From a virus (Duplodnaviria > Caudoviricetes): a stretch of DNA of 34,262 nt. The translations under genes and the position numbers were made by a program. Shown here piece after piece: positions 25,801 to 33,660 of the stretch. Under the pieces are notes generated by a model. That model was given only the letters and a program-made list of their open reading frames with translations, had not been told where the DNA came from and searched no databases. Position 1 is the first letter of the stretch. Each line of letters begins with the position of its first letter. The DNA lies in IMG/VR virus record IMGVR_UViG_3300010358_000009, positions 1 to 34,262 of that record, one strand, 5' to 3'.

Positions 25801-26796
25801 TTATTCCTCAATCTGATTGGTAGGATTCCACTCCGGTCCAACATAGAAATGAAGTTTAATCTGCTGTTCTCTCATGCCAGGGTCGTAGTTACAGACATTC
25901 TCATAGAATGCACAGTCACCATACTTACCTTCACAGTGAGTATAGTTAGGTGGAAAATGTCCAGTCTCGGCATACATTAAAAGCAGCTTCGCATAGTATG
26001 GCAGTGTTTCTGATTGCCATTCTAATAGATTTGGCATACTGTAGTTCATTGGTGGTCTGAGGAACTTTTCTTCTGGTTTAAGAGAAGATTGAAAGCCAAC
26101 AATGTTCTTGAATACTTTTTGCACTTTCATCAAGAGACATTGACCTTTGAACTGATTAGACATCAGATTGTCTTTACGACGTTGCTTCATTGTCTTATGG
26201 TCGCCTGGGAATATACCTTGATTAGTATCCCAGATGACATCTATCTTGGCTTTCCATAAGACTCTGATTTCATCATCTTCGTAAAGAACATCACCTTTAA
26301 CCACTTCTACTTCAAGTGGAACCCAATGGTCATTCCTATAGAACTGTAAGTACTGGTCGCATGTATCCAGAACGTAATGCCAGCCAGTCTTATATCCTTC
26401 TGATTCTTTAGGCGTATTCTTAACGCCTGGGTAATCATTTGGGATATGACCACATTTTGGTTTAGGGATTTCGTCAGTGGGTTTAAAATCTGTGCAATAT
26501 GGGCATCCGGCGATATACAACTCAGCAGCCGTAAATGCATAACCTCTAGCTTGTTCTTTTCGGAGTCCATTAATTACACCCTGATAATAGACTTCCAAGA
26601 ACTTATGGACTATCGACCCACACTCTAGCGAATTTGATTTACCCTCAATCGGTTGTAGATTGTGATTAAATCGAAAATCCGCGAGGCGAGGACAGGCCAT
26701 TAAAGTTGATAGAACTGTAGCGTCTAGGATGATATTAGTCTTACCACCTAGAACTTTCTCTACAGATTCTTCAACTATCTTTTGAACTTCACTCAT
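25801..26796 (-). CDS. PD-(D/E)XK exonuclease, Cas4/RecB-like with probable Fe-S cluster
   Basis: LMACPR, GSIVHKFLE, EVE, KIDVI, DHKT; C-terminal HC.....DC.F...C. Confidence 0.85.
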   Translation of the reverse strand: MSEVQKIVEESVEKVLGGKTNIILDATVLSTLMACPRLADFRFNHNLQPIEGKSNSLECGSIVHKFLEVYYQGVINGLRKEQARGYAFTAAELYIAGCPYCTDFKPTDEIPKPKCGHIPNDYPGVKNTPKESEGYKTGWHYVLDTCDQYLQFYRNDHWVPLEVEVVKGDVLYEDDEIRVLWKAKIDVIWDTNQGIFPGDHKTMKQRRKDNLMSNQFKGQCLLMKVQKVFKNIVGFQSSLKPEEKFLRPPMNYSMPNLLEWQSETLPYYAKLLLMYAETGHFPPNYTHCEGKYGDCAFYENVCNYDPGMREQQIKLHFYVGPEWNPTNQIEE

Positions 26797-27038
26797 TGAA
26801 CTTTCTCCGGCACAATACAGGGCCGATACTCAGTTAACTTCATTTGATACCATGCCGATGGTAAACTAGCACCATTCAAATCAAATAGCTCTGGACGTGA
26901 CATCCAGCCATCTGGATATGAGATGATGTATCCTTTACCAACGATGATACCGTCTGGTGAATACACGTCGAAGTAATTGAGCAAAGCATGATTCCATCCT
27001 AAAGATACTTTTTTAACCTTCTCTCGAATTTTGCCCAT
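26793..27038 (-). CDS. Hypothetical protein
   Basis: ATGA overlap with the nuclease; start uncertain. Confidence 0.45.
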   Translation of the reverse strand: MGKIREKVKKVSLGWNHALLNYFDVYSPDGIIVGKGYIISYPDGWMSRPELFDLNGASLPSAWYQMKLTEYRPCIVPEKVQ

Positions 27039-27250
27039 GCTTTGTCTTCTATCTTTTGAGTGCATCCTTTATAATCCAATCTCGCATGTTCACGAAATGC
27101 GAATTCAATAGTTTTGAGTAGTTGAGCGCGTAGTTCCATGATAAACTTAGTATCTTTAGTTGTCTCCGATATCTTGCGGAGACTACTATAGACACCACTT
27201 TTATCACCTACACGCCGTAATGTCTTTTCATCAAACTTAACTTCAGCCAT
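26999..27250 (-). CDS. Hypothetical protein
   Basis: 83 aa, TAATG coupling. Confidence 0.5.
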   Translation of the reverse strand: MAEVKFDEKTLRRVGDKSGVYSSLRKISETTKDTKFIMELRAQLLKTIEFAFREHARLDYKGCTQKIEDKAWAKFERRLKKYL

Positions 27251-27447
27251 TATGCACCATGACCGAAATGGTCACACCACTTGAGAAAGAATTTGATGAA
27301 ACCTGTTCTATTCATTTTGCCACATAGTCCACATTGCCATCTGAATTGGACTATGCTTAGAATGCCAAACCATGCTGCACCTACAAGTGCTATAGCAATT
27401 GACATTCCTGAAGCAAAAAGTAAATCGTTGTAGTCTTTATCTGTCAT
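27250..27447 (-). CDS. Small membrane protein with CxxC...CxH
   Basis: Hydrophobic SIAIALVGAAWFGILSIV followed by CGLC; start MTDKD. Confidence 0.5.
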   Translation of the reverse strand: MTDKDYNDLLFASGMSIAIALVGAAWFGILSIVQFRWQCGLCGKMNRTGFIKFFLKWCDHFGHGA

Positions 27448-27530
27448 TTGTCCAACACCACTTCCTGAACCATAAACATGGCCCACAAAGCGCCTAATGA
27501 ACACACACTAAAGATAACGATTACATCCAT
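27444..27530 (-). CDS. Putative 28-aa membrane peptide
   Basis: MDVIVIFSVCSLGALWAMFMVQEVVLDK; ATGA overlap with the next gene. Confidence 0.3.
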   Translation of the reverse strand: MDVIVIFSVCSLGALWAMFMVQEVVLDK

Positions 27531-27535
27531 GAATG

Positions 27536-27727
27536 TCATTTTTCATTCTCCAAGAATTTAGACATTTCAAGATACTTTTCGAAGTATTCAGGAAATGCTA
27601 CTACTAGTTTCTCCTGATTCTCATCATCAGCAAGTGGTAATAGTTCGCTCAACTTCTGAACGAAACTACCACCATACATATTCATTGCTTGCTGAATCTT
27701 CCACAGTTGAGTCTTAGTGTATTTCAT
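27536..27727 (-). CDS. Conserved small phage protein
   Basis: M..YGGSF...L.....AD..N...L..AFP pattern; AAGGAG RBS. Confidence 0.65.
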   Translation of the reverse strand: MKYTKTQLWKIQQAMNMYGGSFVQKLSELLPLADDENQEKLVVAFPEYFEKYLEMSKFLENEK

Positions 27728-27915
27728 ATTCTCCTTGGGTCAGTTAGAAAAGCTTCATATTGCTGTTGGAGAGCGCGAGGAACATCAGTATCACGAAGAT
27801 GATTGTCAACACAGTCGCTATAACGTCGAATGTGCTTACGTCTTTCCACATCCTCTTGAGTAGTGACCTTTTCCTCATTTTCTTGCTCCATTAGTGCGAG
27901 TTGATTTGGTGTCAT
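27724..27915 (-). CDS. Hypothetical protein
   Basis: 63 aa; ATGA overlaps at both ends. Confidence 0.55.
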   Translation of the reverse strand: MTPNQLALMEQENEEKVTTQEDVERRKHIRRYSDCVDNHLRDTDVPRALQQQYEAFLTDPRRI

Positions 27916-29702
27916 AGTGATGCCATTTGAGTGATGGATTTACGATTAGGATTTGTAGATGGTTTCTTTTTCTTGTTGAACTTCTCTACAATCCTAGATG
28001 CTAGTTCCTTACCAATTTCAGATTCATCCCACTTAATCTGTTCTCCCTTATTCATAGCGAGATGAAAGCGCGTGCGTTTACCTTCAACAATTTCATCTAA
28101 GTCTTGGTCAATAGTATCATCTGCTTCAGGGAATGTTACGTTGACAACAGATGATTCCTGACCAATACGTTTAAATCTACCCGGTGCGGCTTGGTCCTCA
28201 TTCTGAGGATTCCACTGTCTTTCATGCATGATTGCGTCAGCACAAGTTTGTAGGTCCAATCCTTCACCACAAGCTAATGTAGATGCAATCATTACACAAC
28301 GTTTAACTCTGTTGAATTGTTCCTGTTTTTCAAACCCTGATTCTTGTCCTGTATCTGCTGATGTATATGAGATAACAGGTATTGCGAGGTCTTTGAGTGT
28401 TTGTGCTAATTCAAACCAATCAGGATTAGTTTCTTTGTTGCAATCCATTAAAGCATTAGTCATTAACTGACCAACGTCTTTATGATGAACAAAGATGCAG
28501 AGTTTCTTTTCAGTATCTTCTACAAATTCCTCAACGAATCCTAGTGTAGCTGGTATCTTTGCTAATCCAGTGATATGGCGCATTCTAGCCATTTTCGCGA
28601 GGATTTCAATACCTGATATTGAATCTTCCTCACCACCGATAACAAACTCATTATACCAGTTTACGAAGTCACTAACTGATTCGTCGTATGTCTCCTGTTG
28701 TAACTGGTCTAACTGAACATTCAGTTTCTTACGATTAACTTCAGGGAATTCATCCATTACTTCGTCATATTCACGACGTATGATTAAGTCTTTGACGAAT
28801 TCCTTGAATCTGGCGATATTACGAATACCGCCCATCTTACGTTTAGCACCTTCCCAGAAAAACTCTACCCAATTATCTAGGAAGTGTTGTGGCGACCAGA
28901 ATTTAACAGGGTCAATTAGATTGAGTGCAGGATAGAATTCATATCCTCTATTCTTCCAAGGCGTAGCACTCAACTCAATGACTTTACAATCAGGATTGTT
29001 TGTTACCAACATCCTGACTTCCTGTGTTCTAGCGGAACTATCATTCTTAATCTGTTGACATTCATCCAACAGAATAAGTTTAATTCCAAGATTGTGCATC
29101 TTACCTTTCATTCGACGTAACAAATCATATGGAATGATATATCCCCTTAGACCGGGCAATATCGTATCCCGACTAGTTCTAATAATCATCGGGAGATATT
29201 CAGGACCGAGCCACCATATAACATTCTTGAACCACTGGAATGTTAATGCTGACTTTGTTACGACAACAAATGGTGTATACTCAAGATGAAACTTTGGAAT
29301 CGCGAGACCTTGAACAGTCTTGCCTAATCCCATGTCATCGAATATACCAACACCTTTTTGTTGTGATAATCCTACTTCAGCGAATCTAGCTCCTGTGACT
29401 TGGAAGTCATATAGCTTAAATTCACCACAAACTGTGCATTTATTCTTGCGCCATTTACGTAGTTTGGCTTCATCTTTCGACAAGAATACATGCTTACAGG
29501 CTTTGATTTCAGGTTTCCAATCATTTGACACCATACTTTCAAATGGTGTAGCCTTTGGAATTACACGCTTGATGATATGGAAACAGTCAAGTGTAATTAA
29601 ACGAACCTGATTGCCATCTCTATCGAGAGATTCAATAGCGAATTTTTCTTTCGCTACTTTGCCACAATCAGGGCACGTCTCTTGTAGTCTAGTTACAGCC
29701 AT
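27912..29702 (-). CDS. SNF2-family helicase/translocase with N-terminal Zn-binding region
   Basis: LYDFQ, DDMGLGKT, LDECQ, LSATP, GEGLDLQ, WNP...Q...GRFKRIGQ. Confidence 0.92.
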   Translation of the reverse strand: MAVTRLQETCPDCGKVAKEKFAIESLDRDGNQVRLITLDCFHIIKRVIPKATPFESMVSNDWKPEIKACKHVFLSKDEAKLRKWRKNKCTVCGEFKLYDFQVTGARFAEVGLSQQKGVGIFDDMGLGKTVQGLAIPKFHLEYTPFVVVTKSALTFQWFKNVIWWLGPEYLPMIIRTSRDTILPGLRGYIIPYDLLRRMKGKMHNLGIKLILLDECQQIKNDSSARTQEVRMLVTNNPDCKVIELSATPWKNRGYEFYPALNLIDPVKFWSPQHFLDNWVEFFWEGAKRKMGGIRNIARFKEFVKDLIIRREYDEVMDEFPEVNRKKLNVQLDQLQQETYDESVSDFVNWYNEFVIGGEEDSISGIEILAKMARMRHITGLAKIPATLGFVEEFVEDTEKKLCIFVHHKDVGQLMTNALMDCNKETNPDWFELAQTLKDLAIPVISYTSADTGQESGFEKQEQFNRVKRCVMIASTLACGEGLDLQTCADAIMHERQWNPQNEDQAAPGRFKRIGQESSVVNVTFPEADDTIDQDLDEIVEGKRTRFHLAMNKGEQIKWDESEIGKELASRIVEKFNKKKKPSTNPNRKSITQMASL

Positions 29703-29704
29703 AT

Positions 29705-29905
29705 TTAGTTTACTTTATCCTGTGGTAATGGATTATAGTAAATAATCTGTTGACCATGCAATTGAGCATGATAACTTGTGAATAGTCCTGATGACAATCG
29801 ACCACAATTTGGACATTTATAACAAACAAATCCGAACTGCATACACCATTTAAGTATCTGGTCGTTTGTCATTTCGTTTATTGCATCGTATGTTAGTTTA
29901 TCCAT
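29705..29905 (-). CDS. Small Zn-ribbon protein
   Basis: CPNCG; start MDKLT. Confidence 0.45.
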   Translation of the reverse strand: MDKLTYDAINEMTNDQILKWCMQFGFVCYKCPNCGRLSSGLFTSYHAQLHGQQIIYYNPLPQDKVN

Positions 29906-30617
29906 TAGCCTTTGCAGCCTCAATAGATTTACGTAGTTGATTCGCGGCAGTCTCAGGTGTAATACCTTTCGACACGCAAACCATTTGTAGAGTAATCTCA
30001 GATATGCCTAATTCCTTGGCATACTTAGTTAGCTCGGCTTTATCTAATCCACCCTTTTTACGTGTTCCTGTAGTGGATATAGACCTCGGTTTAGATGGTG
30101 ATACTGGATTTGGTTTGTAGTTTATATCAGCGATTTTCAATCGTTCGCGTTCTTCTGCGCGCAATTGATTAGCCATCTGATTGAGATATACTTGAATTGC
30201 TTTTTGATTGTTGTTTGCATCGACAATCTTTTCATTAAGTTCAAATACAACTTGTTTGAAATGATTGAATCGATTTAACAATTCTTCAGCTAACGCATAT
30301 GGTTTGTTAGCAATATCAGCGTTAGCGTCAATCATTGCTTTTAATTCAACGATTGCTGTGGTTGCAGCGTTGAATAAATCCGTTCTTACTGAGATGTTAT
30401 TATCGAGAGCGCGCGAGGTTTCAACGCTTGCTCTATATGCATCGACTCTAGCCTGTTGCGCTTCGGGTTTATTATTGGCTTGTGATAATTCCTGCTCTTT
30501 AAGCCAGCAATCATCACAAAACCACATATTACCGTAATGTTTCGTCACATGACAATCTTTATTGTCACAGACTTCACATTCGCCGGTTTTTTCAGTAGTG
30601 ACTTGTGGTGTCAGCAT
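29898..30617 (-). CDS. Hypothetical protein (Zn finger, coiled coil, C-terminal HTH-like); first gene of the leftward cluster
   Basis: CEVC...CDDC; KYAKELGISEITLQ. Confidence 0.6.
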   Translation of the reverse strand: MLTPQVTTEKTGECEVCDNKDCHVTKHYGNMWFCDDCWLKEQELSQANNKPEAQQARVDAYRASVETSRALDNNISVRTDLFNAATTAIVELKAMIDANADIANKPYALAEELLNRFNHFKQVVFELNEKIVDANNNQKAIQVYLNQMANQLRAEERERLKIADINYKPNPVSPSKPRSISTTGTRKKGGLDKAELTKYAKELGISEITLQMVCVSKGITPETAANQLRKSIEAAKANG

Positions 30618-30665
30618 AATAATATTATTGTCCTATTCTGAGGTCATTCCGCTACGCGGATAGAG

Positions 30666-30681
30666 TGCAAACAACGTGCCA
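30666..30681 (-). promoter_or_regulatory. Sigma-54 (-24/-12) promoter
   Basis: Minus strand TGGCACGTTGTTTGCA matches TGGCACG-N4-TTGCW exactly; ~50 nt upstream of ATG 30617. Confidence 0.75.
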
Positions 30682-30690
30682 GCCACTAAA

Positions 30691-30737
30691 TCACAACATA
30701 TAGTATAATTACAATTTTCGACCACAACTAATAGTGT
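30691..30737. promoter_or_regulatory. Tandem NrdR-like boxes
   Basis: TCACAACATATAGTAT (30691, 13/16) and CCACAACTAATAGTGT (30722, 12/16) against acaCwAtATaTwGtgt; 31 bp apart. Confidence 0.6.
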
Positions 30738-30790
30738 GTTCATTTTTCAGGACATGTCTCAAAAATGGACAAAATGTCAAATTATTGACA
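30737..30790. promoter_or_regulatory. Three enhancer-like (bEBP UAS-like) sites
   Basis: TGT-N12-ACA 30737-54, TGT-N11-ACA 30755-71, TGT-N10-ACA 30775-90; about -80 to -135 from the predicted sigma-54 start. Confidence 0.5.
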
Positions 30791-30879
30791 GGCGAACAGA
30801 AAGCGAAGATAATATTATAGTTTCGCTTCTGAGATTAGTCATATGTATAATATTGAAAGATTCTCAATAATCAGATGCA

Positions 30880-31294
30880 TAATATTGTCTACTTCTGTAC
30901 GGTTTCCTCCCTGTTTCCTATCTGTTTCTTAACGTTTTCTCCCCGCTTTCTCCCCGGTCGAATCGGGCGTAACTCGTTGATATGAAAGGACTTCGGTCGA
31001 AGGCCCCCCGACTCCCATACAATATTATGGCCTCTAGACCAGGTTTTGAGAGAGTTATATAATATTATATGTATTAAAAAAAAAAAAAAATAAAAGAAAC
31101 AACTACACAACTCACTAACTGTATGTCAAACCCCGTTTAAGGCCCCTATCGAGGCATGGGGGAGAGGGAGGGTGAACCGTAAGTCGTTCATCTGCAATCA
31201 CTTAACCGACATTTGACCGGGAGGAAACAGCTAAGAATCCGGATAGAATCCGGTTAGAATCAGTAGGGAAACCGTATGGAAACACCTAATATTA
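30880..31294. repeat. Large imperfect inverted repeat with phased 11-bp units around an A-tract; putative replication origin
   Basis: Arms 30880-31019 and ~31155-31294 align without gaps for >110 nt; five 11-bp units per arm; A15 at 31076-31090 near the centre (31087). Confidence 0.7.
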
Positions 31295-31468
31295 TTGTAT
31301 TCCGACGTAAACGCGAAAGTTTCAAATCAAGAATGCATAGAACTATCTTATTAGCATATAAATTAATTCGCGTTAGCGAAAAGTCTTATTAGCTAAAGAC
31401 AATGAACGCGTAACTTCGCGTTCAGCCTGGGCGAGATTAAATTGTAATGGGATTAAATGCGAGGAAGG

Positions 31469-31501
31469 AAAGTGTAGGGGTTTGCAGTCCCCCTACACTT
31501 T
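31469..31501 (-). terminator. Intrinsic terminator-like hairpin
   Basis: AAAGTGTAGGGG / CCCCTACACTTT 12-bp stem just after the stop of 31508-31858. Confidence 0.7.
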
Positions 31502-31507
31502 GTCGAA

Positions 31508-31858
31508 CTACTGAGTAGGTTGCGCGGCTGCAAGCAAAGCCGTAACTTGCTTGCGTGCCGTTTCCTCGGGAATACCCAGACGAATGTAATCCCGAATCAT
31601 GCGCTCCTGAATGTCTTCAGCAGACACCTCAGATGGACGATACGGAAGCAATGCAGCCTGATACGCATTGCTGCGAGCGTTTGCCTTGAGATTATCGTTG
31701 ACCATAGCAATCAACGACCACTTTTTCTCAGACATCACACTCTGTGCTTCTGACTCACTGTCAACTTGCTTGTAGTCAAAAGTCTTTTCGATTTTTTCGC
31801 CAGCCTGCGCATGACCGTCAGGAACAGCGAAAGTGAACTTTCCTACCAGTGACTTCAT
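31508..31858 (-). CDS. Hypothetical protein, monocistronic probable early gene
   Basis: 116 aa, GAGG RBS, with its own promoter and terminator. Confidence 0.75.
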   Translation of the reverse strand: MKSLVGKFTFAVPDGHAQAGEKIEKTFDYKQVDSESEAQSVMSEKKWSLIAMVNDNLKANARSNAYQAALLPYRPSEVSAEDIQERMIRDYIRLGIPEETARKQVTALLAAAQPTQ

Positions 31859-31900
31859 AGTGACCTCTCAGTTTGGGCGGTATTGCCCACGAACGAAACA

Positions 31901-31929
31901 AGTCTATCACACTTCACGGAACCTGTCAA
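31901..31929 (-). promoter_or_regulatory. Strong sigma-70 promoter (leftward)
   Basis: TTGACA-17-TAGACT with TG extension and upstream A-tracts. Confidence 0.8.
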
Positions 31930-32347
31930 CTACTTTTTTTTCTCCTCTCGATTTTTTGTTTCCGTGTTCCGTGTTCTCTAGGTTAGACGGTTGCCAGATA
32001 ATATTAGTTCCTTCCTTCCATTAGGCCCAATATTATTATGCAGGACTGTGCAGCCCTGCGCACCAATGTATAATCCTAGGCAACAATAATCGTGCCATGC
32101 AATAGTGTGAAGCAGAACTGTGCAATCGCGTGGCGTCGCGTATAATTCTGAATAATTACGTATTTTTTCAAAATTTCACACCACTGCATATGTAGGCACT
32201 ACACATACTGGCATGCCCCTGCACAGATGGTCCCATATCTGCACAGTTTAGCGCGCCCATCGCAATCATGTGTGTCATTACAATGAGAATCTGGTACCAT
32301 ATTATTGGTCCCATATACCAGATACAATATTATATACATATAGAAAT

Positions 32348-32376
32348 TTGACCTTCAGTCCGGTCTGTGGTAGCAT
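32348..32376 (+). promoter_or_regulatory. Sigma-70-like promoter (rightward, packaging/structural genes)
   Basis: TTGACC-17-TAGCAT with TG extension, ~55 nt before ATG 32430. Confidence 0.55.
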
Positions 32377-32429
32377 ACCTCTGACCCCGACCCGACTGAA
32401 ATTGCAGACAATATTAGGAGTTTAAAAGT

Positions 32430-32663
32430 ATGCCTGTAGGAACCGCTACGATTACTTCTAAAGCCGGTCCTAATGAGACCGTCACTGCTCAAGTATTTTC
32501 AAATGTGTTTGCCTTCACTGTCGATATCGCGAGGCAAGTCCTACAACTGTGGATTGGCACCCAGCCAACAGGAGGTCCACAGAAAGAATTCGACATTTCT
32601 GCGAATACTACCTTTACTGCTACCTTTACTGCGGGCGGTAATTGGACCATCACTCTCTCCTAA
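32430..32663 (+). CDS. Small beta-rich protein, possibly virion-associated
   Basis: 77 aa, Thr-rich, AGGAG RBS. Confidence 0.6.
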   Translation: MPVGTATITSKAGPNETVTAQVFSNVFAFTVDIARQVLQLWIGTQPTGGPQKEFDISANTTFTATFTAGGNWTITLS

Positions 32664-32664
32664 T

Positions 32665-32823
32665 ATGGACCCAATTACTGCCATCACTAATCTCGTAACA
32701 GAACTAACTAAGCTCGTAACAGTGGTTGTAGAGGGTCAAACTCCTGAACAACGGGCTCAGATTTGGCAATGGTATATTGATGATGTAACTAAGTGGCGTA
32801 AGCTATTTAAGTTAGACACATAG
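32665..32823 (+). CDS. Hypothetical helical protein (52 aa)
   Basis: MDPITAITNLV...; ATG directly after the upstream stop. Confidence 0.55.
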   Translation: MDPITAITNLVTELTKLVTVVVEGQTPEQRAQIWQWYIDDVTKWRKLFKLDT

Positions 32824-32834
32824 GAACTAACAAC

Positions 32835-33410
32835 ATGGCGATGGGAATTGTATCGGATTCTGATTTCGACAAAGAGAAAGTTAATCTAGGTGTGCCGTCG
32901 AAATTCACTCCGACTGTTAATCCAACAGGAGTTGTAGAAGATGTGTCGCGAGGACGAGGCACAGGTAATACAGCTGTTCCTGATGGAATTAGAAAAATTA
33001 TTGGTGAAGAATCTACAGTTAATGGAAGACAATCAGGTATCGAATTGGCAGAGAGCTTTGGCATCTCAGCGTCATCAGTATCTGCGTATGGCGTTGGTGC
33101 TAAGTCTACCTCCACATACGATGATAAACCTAACTCCCAATTCTTAAATAATGCTAAACAGAGGGCTGCAAAGAAAGCTAGAAACAAGATGATTGCAGCA
33201 ATGAATAGTATTACTCAGGATAAGTTAGCCACATCTAGCGCGAAGGACTTAGCAGGTATAGCGAAAGATATGGCAGCTGTAATTAGAACTATGGAGCCTG
33301 AATTACCTAAGTCTCCAACTGGTCCCATCAACACTGGTCCACAGTTCATTTTCTACTCCCCACAAACTAGAAAAGAAGAAGTATTCGAAGTTGTTCATGT
33401 AAAGGAGTAA
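32835..33410 (+). CDS. Probable terminase small subunit
   Basis: HTH GIELAESFGISASSVSAY, helical oligomerisation region, beta tail; upstream of TerL. Confidence 0.5.
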   Translation: MAMGIVSDSDFDKEKVNLGVPSKFTPTVNPTGVVEDVSRGRGTGNTAVPDGIRKIIGEESTVNGRQSGIELAESFGISASSVSAYGVGAKSTSTYDDKPNSQFLNNAKQRAAKKARNKMIAAMNSITQDKLATSSAKDLAGIAKDMAAVIRTMEPELPKSPTGPINTGPQFIFYSPQTRKEEVFEVVHVKE

Positions 33411-33412
33411 GT

Positions 33413-33658
33413 GTGGCTACGAGATTACTCTCAGTTGAGTATGTGCAATCTATTGCGCAGAATGAAGTAGTTGCATTACCAGCGCGCAGGTGTCTATTCT
33501 TTACTGATGCCGCTGCACCCACCATTCAAACTGCCAACGACGTAGCGTTCACAACTCCACTTGCAATGACATTAACTAACGGTTCATGTGAAGTAGCTGG
33601 TGGATTCCTACGATGCACATCAGCAGGACCAATCAACGTAACTGTTAAACCTCACTAA
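33413..33658 (+). CDS. Small beta-rich protein
   Basis: 81 aa, GTG start, AAGGAG RBS. Confidence 0.55.
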   Translation: MATRLLSVEYVQSIAQNEVVALPARRCLFFTDAAAPTIQTANDVAFTTPLAMTLTNGSCEVAGGFLRCTSAGPINVTVKPH

Positions 33659-33660
33659 TA

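Noticed and set aside
25801-26796. Cas4-like nuclease as a sign of CRISPR
   Set aside because: No array or other cas genes; the Sak4/SSB context indicates a recombination exonuclease
30889-31110. 73-aa ORF through the poly-A and repeat region
   Set aside because: Low-complexity translation of the non-coding repeat; no RBS
30900-31274. 11-bp units as a CRISPR or mini-array
   Set aside because: Units are contiguous, degenerate and have no spacers
31276-31392. 38-aa plus-strand ORF METPNII... and nearby TTCGCGTT hairpins
   Set aside because: Weak RBS and overlap with the repeat arm; hairpins are short and I cannot assign a role
32083-32097. Second sigma-54-like site (minus strand TGGCACGATTATTGT)
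   Set aside because: The -12 dinucleotide is GT, not GC, and the downstream gene already has a strong sigma-70 promoter
32209-32223. Plus-strand TGGCATGCCCCTGCA as a sigma-54 promoter
   Set aside because: GG-to-GC spacing is 9 nt rather than the required 10
437-33187. Many antisense or nested ORFs in the track (e.g. 1827-2297, 16030-16410, 17734-18165, 22980-23366, 32807-33187)
   Set aside because: They lie within well-supported genes and show no motifs or RBS
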